From assembly GCA_003056265.1 (NCBI GenBank), contig NBVN01000011.1, forward strand, positions 1-9,079: a stretch of DNA of 9,079 bases. The letters run 5' to 3'. The notes below the pieces were generated by a model. It made no database searches. It saw only the letters and a list, made by a program, of their open reading frames with translations, and had not been told where the DNA came from. The stretch comes from Zestosphaera tikiterensis (GTDB lineage Archaea > Thermoproteota > Thermoprotei_A > Sulfolobales > NBVN01). A program made the translations under genes and the position numbers. The first letter of the stretch is position 1. Every line of letters begins with the position of its first letter. Shown in pieces: positions 1 to 5,543 of this stretch.

Positions 1-465
1 GAAACCTGCTTTAAAACCTAACATTAACGAGACGTAATATATTAGGGAAGGCAGTTGAAAAGCAACTACCGCGTAAAGCAAGCCGTAAACAACCTTTTTA
101 AACCCTAACCTCACGTAAGTTAAGGCTAACGCCGTAGAAAACGTTATAGAGTATAAAATCAACGAAAGTTTAAACACGTACATATACGTGAGGACAGTTA
201 ACACAGTTAATAAAGCCACGTAAGTTAAGTCTTTAACCTTCTTAACGATTAACGGAGTGAGTGAAGCTATAGTGAGGAATGTGGAAATCATTAAATCAAC
301 ATCCCCAACCATCGGTTGAGCTGTGATCCTATAAGTAACCCTACCTACAGTAACCCATGTAGGGACTTCAAAAACTGAAGCGATGTAGTTAACAACGATG
401 ATTAAAGATATCCAAAGAATTGTTGAAGCAACCTCCTCGAAACGTTTTAAACTGCTTAAATCCAA
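1..465 (-). CDS. Polytopic membrane protein, N-terminal part only (3' end lies beyond the left window edge). Family not recognised.
   Basis: Not in the supplied ORF track. Hand translation shows the minus-strand frame is free of stops from 465 to position 1. An in-frame stop (tca, 466-468) lies immediately upstream of a TTG (caa, 463-465). There is no ATG until 312, which falls after the first hydrophobic helix, so TTG 465 is the likely start. Translation: (M)DLSSLKRFEEVASTILWISLIIVVNYIASVFEVPTWVTVGRVTYRITAQPMVGDVDLMISTFLTIASLTPLIVKKVKDLTYVALLTVLTVLTYMYVFKLSLILYSITFSTALALTYVRLGFKKVVYGLLYAVVAFQLPSLIYYVSLMLGFKAGF... It contains several hydrophobic helix-length segments separated by K/R-rich turns. 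Confidence 0.6.
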   Translation of the reverse strand, partial: MDLSSLKRFEEVASTILWISLIIVVNYIASVFEVPTWVTVGRVTYRITAQPMVGDVDLMISTFLTIASLTPLIVKKVKDLTYVALLTVLTVLTYMYVFKLSLILYSITFSTALALTYVRLGFKKVVYGLLYAVVAFQLPSLIYYVSLMLGFKAGF

Positions 466-497
466 TCAATCACTACCAAACTTTATGAATGGTAAAG

Positions 498-505
498 TTT
501 ATAAA
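498..505. promoter_or_regulatory. Palindromic TATA-box candidate TTTATAAA in the 75-nt divergent spacer
   Basis: TTTATAAA reads the same on both strands. Its centre is about 39 nt from ATG 541 (+) and about 36 nt from TTG 465 (-). With the usual archaeal spacing of about 26 nt from TATA to TSS, this gives short leaders of about 10-14 nt on both sides. A GAGG(G) Shine-Dalgarno-like motif at 531-535 lies 5 nt before ATG 541. Confidence 0.4.
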
Positions 506-540
506 GATATAATGAGAAAATTAACTTAGTGAGGGTCGTT

Positions 541-1245
541 ATGCGTAAGTCAATACTGATGTTAACGGTAATAACCGTCTTAATCGCGTTAGCAGCGTTA
601 GGTAGTAACCCACTCCCTTTTGTTGAGAACCTCTTAGCTCAAGGCTATTATTACTACTACACAGTAACGTATTACTACACAACTACCTACACAACTACAG
701 CAGTAACTACTACGTTCACCACAACTACAGTTGTTCAGCCAATACCTATCCCCGTACCCGTTCCTGTCACTACAACAATTACGCGTACTTACACCACAAC
801 AACAGCAATACCTACTACAGTAACTACCTACACCGGAATTAGAACAACTACAGTACCCGTAACAACAACCATCACTACGGTAGTTCCTACAACAACACAC
901 GTAACCTACACAGTTACTTCACCATCACCTACCACAGTTACTGAAACTAGAACTACAGCAATACCTACAACGATAACCACCGTAATACCCACCACAGTAG
1001 TTACTACTACGGAAGCCAGAACCTTCTTAACAACTACGATAGTACCTACTACAGTAGTTCAAACACAAACAAAAACAGCAACGTTAACACGTACTGAAAC
1101 ATCAACAACAGCCGTAGTTATAACAATGCCTATAACTACAGTAACGCCAGTTACGGACTGGACAACAACAGTTTTAGTGGCTGTCGTAATAGCGAATATA
1201 ACGTTCTTAATTACATACCTATATATGAGGAAGGGTAAGAAATAG
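541..1245 (+). CDS. Thr/Val/Tyr/Pro low-complexity surface protein with an N-terminal signal or anchor helix and a C-terminal TM anchor plus basic tail. No recognised family.
   Basis: The track ORF starts at GTG 529. ATG 541 is preferred because of GAGGG 5 nt upstream. N-terminus MRKSILMLTVITVLIALAALG; C-terminus LVAVVIANITFLITYLYMRKGKK. By hand count the 176 residues between them contain 81 Thr. A T-tract follows the stop codon. Confidence 0.75.
   Translation: MRKSILMLTVITVLIALAALGSNPLPFVENLLAQGYYYYYTVTYYYTTTYTTTAVTTTFTTTTVVQPIPIPVPVPVTTTITRTYTTTTAIPTTVTTYTGIRTTTVPVTTTITTVVPTTTHVTYTVTSPSPTTVTETRTTAIPTTITTVIPTTVVTTTEARTFLTTTIVPTTVVQTQTKTATLTRTETSTTAVVITMPITTVTPVTDWTTTVLVAVVIANITFLITYLYMRKGKK
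646..1173 (+). repeat. Low-complexity ACN/GTN/TAC codon tract inside the Thr-rich CDS
   Basis: The coding strand is strongly G-depleted: 49 G in 480 nt over 661-1140 by hand count. The octamer-like unit acaactac(a) recurs many times. An exact 14-mer, acagcaatacctac, occurs at 802-815 and 955-968 (153 nt, or 51 codons, apart), encoding TAIPTT both times. Confidence 0.6.
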
Positions 1246-1273
1246 TTTTCAAAGATTAAACTCTAATGTTTTT
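1246..1273 (+). terminator. Oligo-T terminator candidates after the Thr-rich gene
   Basis: TTTT at 1246-1249 directly follows the TAG stop, and TTTTT lies at 1269-1273. Archaeal RNAP terminates at oligo-T tracts. Confidence 0.35.
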
Positions 1274-1329
1274 AGCTGTAAATTGTAGGGAGCTTTTAAG
1301 GGAGGGTCCTTTAAAGTATTTAAAACTCA

Positions 1330-1695
1330 ATGGAGGTAGTGTATGATAGTGTGGTCAACGTGAGTGTGGATGAGCTTAAGGAGATAGTTTCAAAGCTTAA
1401 TGAGCTGGTCTCTAAAGCTCCGGAACTTCAGGAATTCATTAAATACGTTCATGAAGCGGAATCCACTAAAGTATTAGACACGAAAACGAAGGAGTTAATG
1501 TCTTTAGCTATAGCGATAGCTGTGAGATGTGAGCCATGCATCCTATGGCATACAGACGCAGCGGTTAAGGCTGGAGCTAAACTCGAGGAAATACTTGAAG
1601 CAATAAAAGTAGCTGTATGCATGGGCGGCGGACCAGCCCTCATGTACGCACTTAAAGCATACAACATAGCTAAAGAATACCTCACAAAAAAGTAA
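1330..1695 (+). CDS. Carboxymuconolactone decarboxylase (CMD) / AhpD-like family protein
   Basis: 121 aa. Carries the family signature C-x-x-C-x-x-x-H (RCEPCILWH), preceded by LDTKTKELMSLAIAIA and followed by an all-helical C-terminus. Size is typical of stand-alone AhpD-core proteins. Start is uncertain: TATA-like TTTAAAGT/ATTTAAAA at 1311-1326 lies very close to ATG 1330, and in-frame GTGs at 1339 and 1351 are alternatives. Confidence 0.8.
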   Translation: MEVVYDSVVNVSVDELKEIVSKLNELVSKAPELQEFIKYVHEAESTKVLDTKTKELMSLAIAIAVRCEPCILWHTDAAVKAGAKLEEILEAIKVAVCMGGGPALMYALKAYNIAKEYLTKK

Positions 1696-1761
1696 CGTAG
1701 CTAACAACAAAACCCCTTCCTTAACAAGCAAAACATGAAATCTAACACATCCATCAGTAGT

Positions 1762-1777
1762 AAAGAAATAAAACAAC
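1762..1777 (-). terminator. T-rich terminator candidate downstream of the GT2 gene
   Basis: The minus strand reads GTTGTTTTATTTCTTT 25-40 nt after the GT2 stop codon (1801-1803). GTTTTC at 1788-1793 lies closer in. Confidence 0.35.
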
Positions 1778-1800
1778 GCATATATACGAAAACGGTAAAC

Positions 1801-2739
1801 CTAAAAACTCCCAATGCTACCAACAGCTAGTCCGTAAACCGTAGCTAAAAACCTAGGTATAGTCTTTCTACGTAGAGTAAATAGCAATGCTAAAAGATAA
1901 TGTAACGCCGACACGTTAGCACCAAGTCTCTTAAGCCTCCAATACATTACAACCCTATCGTAATGCAACCAAAACTCGGATTGAAAACCCGGCTTTCTAG
2001 TAAGTGAATCTTTATGCACTATATGGTAAACTAACGGCGAATGTTTTTCTACACGTACTTTATATATGTGGTATCCCTTCCGCCTTACGTAGTGAGCTAA
2101 AACCTTTTCAAACCAGAAAGCCTTCCTACTACGACCGTATAAACTATCTAAGGGGCAATCCTCGATTAAATCTCTCCTAAACGCCATATTAACACCTCCG
2201 ATTTCCATAGACTTCACTAATTCCTCCTCGCATTCCCTAGCTCCCATAAAGCCAGATTTAGAGAGCCACACGCAATACCCCTCATATCCTTTCAACGGCT
2301 TCCTATAGAGAACATCCTTAGTAGGAACTTCAGGGTAGAAAACCTCATTAGTTAAGAGTAGAGTGTCTTCACGTAGATATGCTTTAAAGCATAAACCCCC
2401 TACACCACCAGCGTCTTTAAGCATGTTAAATAGCTTTACATACCTCTCAACCCACTCTTCGTGGGCTACGGCGTCATCATCTATAAACAACACTATATCG
2501 CCTGAGGCGTTTTTAATACCTAAGGTATATGCCTTAGGAGCGTTACCCTCACGTTGGATGACGACCTTAATAGGTAGTTTACTCATATATTTATGAAGAA
2601 CTTCCTCGCTGCCGTCTCCTGAAGGTTTAAGCACGACCACAACTTCATCAGGTTTTAAAGTTTGCTTAGCTAAACTCTTAAGGCAGTGCCTTAAAGCCCA
2701 CGCACGCCTATACGTAACAATTATAACGGAAACCTTCAC
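1801..2739 (-). CDS. Family 2 glycosyltransferase (GT-A fold)
   Basis: The N-terminus KVSVIIVTYRRAWALRHCLKSLAKQT is the classic GT2 opening. DxD-type motif in LFIDDDAV; later GGVNMAFRR. The track start 2748 is TTG with the AAGGGG SD-like motif directly abutting it. The in-frame GTG at 2739 has that motif 9 nt upstream and gives (M)KVSVII, so it is preferred. The gene lies 14-23 nt downstream of the GT4 gene on the same strand, so it is probably co-transcribed. Confidence 0.85.
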   Translation of the reverse strand: MKVSVIIVTYRRAWALRHCLKSLAKQTLKPDEVVVVLKPSGDGSEEVLHKYMSKLPIKVVIQREGNAPKAYTLGIKNASGDIVLFIDDDAVAHEEWVERYVKLFNMLKDAGGVGGLCFKAYLREDTLLLTNEVFYPEVPTKDVLYRKPLKGYEGYCVWLSKSGFMGARECEEELVKSMEIGGVNMAFRRDLIEDCPLDSLYGRSRKAFWFEKVLAHYVRRKGYHIYKVRVEKHSPLVYHIVHKDSLTRKPGFQSEFWLHYDRVVMYWRLKRLGANVSALHYLLALLFTLRRKTIPRFLATVYGLAVGSIGSF

Positions 2740-2762
2740 CGTCTTCAACCCCTTACTTCAGG

Positions 2763-4010
2763 TCAGGTAAGGAGTTTAGACATGGCGTTTTTGAAGTTCC
2801 CTACGTACTTATCTAAGGTTAGGTTTTGAGCCCGTAGTAATGCCTTCGTAGAATAATGACGCCATACGTTACCATCCGTGAACAACCCTACCAACGATTT
2901 TAAAGCTTCCTCCGTTGTTTGATACCCCAATCCGTACGTACCCTCTTCAGCTAAATCTGTCCACGCACCCCCAGATTTATGAACAACTACTGGAAGCCCT
3001 CTAGCCATAGCTTCCGCTACCGCGACCCCCCAATGCTCGTTTATTGTTGCGTGTAGAAAAGCCTTAGCCTCATCCATAGCTTTATTCACAGTCTCCCGTT
3101 TTGCGTCCGGTATTAAATAAATGTGTGCGTCCACCCTTAAGTCATTCGACACCTTAACCCCATGCTTTTCAGCAAGTTCACGTAGTTTATTTAAGTACGT
3201 GTAAGCAGTTCTAGTCCCAGCCCCTCCGAATATCACTACCTTAACTTCAGGCAATTCATTCTTAAGCTTAGGGTAAAGCTCTGAAACTACCCAATGATAC
3301 CTCTTCTCCTCTGAGAACCTACCCAACATCACTATTAAATTCCTTCTTTCTTCAAACGGTTTAGACACACCCACTACTTCAACGTTAGGAGGTATGGGAG
3401 GATTTAAAACTATGGGATTCTCACCAAACGCTTCTTTAACTACTCTCGCAGTCCACCTAGAATTCGTTAACACTAAATCAACGCAGTGAAAAGGATTCTC
3501 ACACATAAAATACTTAGAAAATTTCGCGAAACTCCATAAATAGAGATTTAAGGGGAACGAGCTATATCTTTCTTTAATGTATGGGTCTTGACTATAGTGA
3601 AAGCCTAAACCACTATACTTAGGGTTTAAAGAAACCTCAAAGGGAAAGTGAATATACTCAATTATTTTAACACCTTCAAATCTAAGCTTGCTTAAAGGCT
3701 TAACATAGCTTACGTCTGTAAATAACAGATCCGCATCATACTTCTTTAAAGCTGAGGACATAGCCCTCCAAGACACTAACCTTAGATAGAGGCCGAAAGC
3801 CCTAAGCTTCAAACCCCAAGTATGCTTGGGATACTTACTTAAATCTATACCAAACCAGTCAACATACTTCCCACTATCAAAATCAACTGGAGAAGTTAAG
3901 ACGGGTAGATAACCTACCTCCTCTAAAGCTACGACTGTAGCAGCACAAACCAACTCACCACCACCGGGCCTCCCCCAATAATGATGCCCCACAACCGCAT
4001 ACTTCGACAT
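2763..4010 (-). CDS. GT4-type (GT-B fold, 'glycosyl transferase group 1') glycosyltransferase
   Basis: 415 aa. C-terminal domain has the E-x7-E region EHWGVAVAEAMARGLPVVV and the upstream FGGAG / LGRFSEEKR donor-binding segments typical of GT4 retaining enzymes. ATG start at 4008-4010. Confidence 0.85.
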   Translation of the reverse strand: MSKYAVVGHHYWGRPGGGELVCAATVVALEEVGYLPVLTSPVDFDSGKYVDWFGIDLSKYPKHTWGLKLRAFGLYLRLVSWRAMSSALKKYDADLLFTDVSYVKPLSKLRFEGVKIIEYIHFPFEVSLNPKYSGLGFHYSQDPYIKERYSSFPLNLYLWSFAKFSKYFMCENPFHCVDLVLTNSRWTARVVKEAFGENPIVLNPPIPPNVEVVGVSKPFEERRNLIVMLGRFSEEKRYHWVVSELYPKLKNELPEVKVVIFGGAGTRTAYTYLNKLRELAEKHGVKVSNDLRVDAHIYLIPDAKRETVNKAMDEAKAFLHATINEHWGVAVAEAMARGLPVVVHKSGGAWTDLAEEGTYGLGYQTTEEALKSLVGLFTDGNVWRHYSTKALLRAQNLTLDKYVGNFKNAMSKLLT

Positions 4011-4200
4011 TACCCAACACTCTCTACGTTATAAAATTAGGGGCTCAAATTAAGCTTTAAAACTGACTCAAATACTTCCAGCAACTTATAAGCGAAACAT
4101 ACTTAGGGTTTTAAAGCGCTTTTATCTTATAATAATGCTCATAATAGAAAGCCTTTGAAGTAATTTAAGGAATGCCTTACGTATTTAAGGGGGCTATATT

Positions 4201-5331
4201 GTGGAACCCTCGGTGGTTGCTTGCTTAACGTGTAAGAACTCTTCTTTAACTCTTCCATATGTTTTAAAGAGTCTTTCATTGATTAACTACCCACGTGATA
4301 GGTTTGCAGTTGCTGTAGTTGATGGTGGGAGTGTTGATTCTACGCCTGAAGTAGCTCGAGACATCCTTAACTCTTTAGGTTTGAAGTTTAAGGTTTTAGT
4401 TAAGCCCAGTAATATTCCCGAGGGTAGGAATGCTTGTGTTAAGGAGGCTTTAGAGTTGGGGGCTGATTACATACTCTTCGTTGATTGTGATACGTTAGTC
4501 GTTAATAAAGACTTCCTACGGCATGCGATCTCAGCTAGCGATAGCGGTTGCTGCCCATGCGTCGTAACTGGTGATATTCAGGTTAAAACGTTTAAAGACG
4601 TGAACTCCTTAAAGAAGTTTGCTGAAGAAACTTTAAAGAACGTCTCGTCAAGCCCTAGCTCTAAGCCTAAAGGCCACAGCTTCATAAGTTGGTGTGGTAT
4701 GGGACTTACGTTAATACCTGCCGAAATAGCTCGGAAAGTTTCCTTCGACGAAGACTTAACTTTTAAAGAGGATACTGTGTACTGTTTAAAAACTTGGGAT
4801 GCAGGTTATGGAGTGATAAAGCTAAATTATGAAGAACCGGTTGCCTACGATTTAAACTTAATTCGAAAATCGGATATATACGTTAGGATGAGTTTAAAGG
4901 ATTATTTCAGAGGGTTTAGTAAGAAAGCTTTGGCTTACGCCTACACAACGATGACAAAGCCTGGAAGGGGAGGTGTTATCTCTATATTTAAAGATTTTAG
5001 GTATTTAAGCCACGTAACTAGAACCTTTTCTTTAACGCTATTAAGTTTAAGCCTTTACTACCTGTTTAAAGCAGACCTTACATTAGGACTCTTAATGTTC
5101 ATACCCGCTTTTAGCATGTTAACCCTATACTTCAGTAAAGTTCTCGTTAAATCCCCCGACGTCTTAACCGCTATGAAATCCTTCGTTAAGTTTACGTTAT
5201 TTAGCTTCATACTAACTTTTGAAATACCTACTCAAGCAATTAAACATAGAAGCAAAATTAAAGAGATTACGCATAAAATAACCTATTGCGAGGAGAAAAT
5301 GCCCAGCTACTTTGAGCGCCCTCCTCAATAA
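4201..5331 (+). CDS. GT2-like glycosyltransferase fused to a C-terminal multi-helix membrane domain
   Basis: GTG start with GGGGG 8 nt upstream. N-terminal GT-A features: VVACLTCKNSSLTLPYVLKSL, AVAVVDGGSVDST, DxD as FVDCDT, and acceptor-side GMGLTLIPAEIARKVSFDEDLTFKEDTVYCLK (ED motif). The last approx. 110 aa contain hydrophobic helices (FSLTLLSLSLYYLF, LGLLMFIPAFSMLTLYF, FVKFTLFSFILTF). This architecture resembles polyprenyl-phosphate sugar synthases, but substrate cannot be read from the sequence. Confidence 0.75.
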   Translation: MEPSVVACLTCKNSSLTLPYVLKSLSLINYPRDRFAVAVVDGGSVDSTPEVARDILNSLGLKFKVLVKPSNIPEGRNACVKEALELGADYILFVDCDTLVVNKDFLRHAISASDSGCCPCVVTGDIQVKTFKDVNSLKKFAEETLKNVSSSPSSKPKGHSFISWCGMGLTLIPAEIARKVSFDEDLTFKEDTVYCLKTWDAGYGVIKLNYEEPVAYDLNLIRKSDIYVRMSLKDYFRGFSKKALAYAYTTMTKPGRGGVISIFKDFRYLSHVTRTFSLTLLSLSLYYLFKADLTLGLLMFIPAFSMLTLYFSKVLVKSPDVLTAMKSFVKFTLFSFILTFEIPTQAIKHRSKIKEITHKITYCEEKMPSYFERPPQ

Positions 5332-5424
5332 ACGATATTATCGTATGATCTATAGCTTTTAATTCCCCCGGTAATTCAACTAAGTAAGTTAGTGAAGATC
5401 CTTCATAACTGAGAATTGCGTGTT

Positions 5425-5512
5425 TGGTGCGGGGGGTGGGATTTGAACCCACGCAGGCCTACGCCATCAGGGCCTCAGCCTGACCCCTTTGACCTGGCTC
5501 GGGCACCCCCGC
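5425..5512 (-). tRNA. tRNA-Leu(GAG): tRNA-Leu (anticodon GAG), class II, no intron, CCA encoded
   Basis: Reverse complement reads GCGGGGGTGCCCGAGCCAGGTCAAAGGGGTCAGGCTGAGGCCCTGATGGCGTAGGCCTGCGTGGGTTCAAATCCCACCCCCCGCACCA. Acceptor stem GCGGGGG/CCCCCGC. Anticodon stem TCAGG/CCTGA with loop CTGAGGC. 14-nt variable arm. T arm GTGGG-TTCAAAT-CCCAC. Discriminator A, then CCA. Confidence 0.9.
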
Positions 5513-5535
5513 CATTACTTAATGTATTTACTGGA

Positions 5536-5543
5536 ATTTAAAA
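5536..5543 (-). promoter_or_regulatory. TATA box (minus strand TTTTAAAT) for tRNA-Leu
   Basis: Its centre is about 27-28 nt upstream of the mature tRNA 5' end (5512), the canonical archaeal spacing. It overlaps the TAA stop codon (5538-5540) of the upstream DUF99 gene. Confidence 0.5.

Noticed and set aside
112-229. Exact 13-nt direct repeat cacgtaagttaag (112-124 and 217-229) inside the left membrane-protein gene
   Set aside because: About 0.6 chance 13-mer pairs are expected in 9 kb with uniform composition, and more with this genome's bias. Both copies simply encode L-T-Y-V in a hydrophobic protein, and the flanks do not align.
634-900. 88-aa Cys-rich ORF (MCCCRNYRSDGCCYGYCSC...) that looks like a small cysteine-rich peptide
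   Set aside because: It is in exact antisense codon register with the Thr-rich gene (both have codon starts at positions of the form 3n+1). Its Cys/Ser/Gly/Arg content is therefore the complement of the ACA/ACT/ACC/ACG Thr codons. The plus-strand ORF has the signal sequence, anchor, SD motif and TATA box, and this one has none of them.
1266-1346. 26-codon ORF (MFLAVNCRELLREGPLKYLKLNGGSV) in the spacer before the CMD gene
   Set aside because: It has no SD motif or promoter geometry. It overlaps the terminator T-tract and the CMD start, and it is too short to separate from chance.
1449-1776. Minus-strand ORFs 1449-1685 and 1543-1776
   Set aside because: These are shadow ORFs antisense to the well-supported CMD/AhpD-like gene and the convergent spacer. 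They have low-complexity, non-protein-like sequences and no start signals.
2363-2596. Plus-strand 77-aa ORF inside the GT2 gene
   Set aside because: It is antisense to a CDS with clear GT2 motifs and has no family resemblance.
5343-5412. Possible C/D-box sRNA in the convergent spacer: ATGATC (C-like), TGAAGA (C'-like, 5393-5398) and CTGA (D, 5409-5412)
   Set aside because: Both C-type boxes are mismatched to RUGAUGA. No D' CUGA follows the first box. The C'-to-D spacing is 10 nt where about 12 nt is usual, and no terminal stem is evident. A 6-bp palindrome (acgata/tatcgt, 5332-5344) just after the stop codon has essentially no loop.
5267-5452. 61-aa minus-strand ORF
   Set aside because: Its 5' part is the tRNA-Leu gene itself and its 3' end overlaps the GT2-like CDS. 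It is an artefact of ORF calling across an RNA gene.
1801-5512. Glycosylation cluster as a tRNA-targeted integrated island. It lies on the 3' side of tRNA-Leu, and some 60-nt stretches look more AT-rich than the orc1 block.
   Set aside because: There is no integrase or integrase fragment. I found no second copy of any tRNA 3' segment (for example gggatttgaaccc) to act as an att repeat. My spot GC counts inside the cluster were inconsistent (about 33-52%). A sliding-window GC and codon-usage calculation would be needed to settle it.
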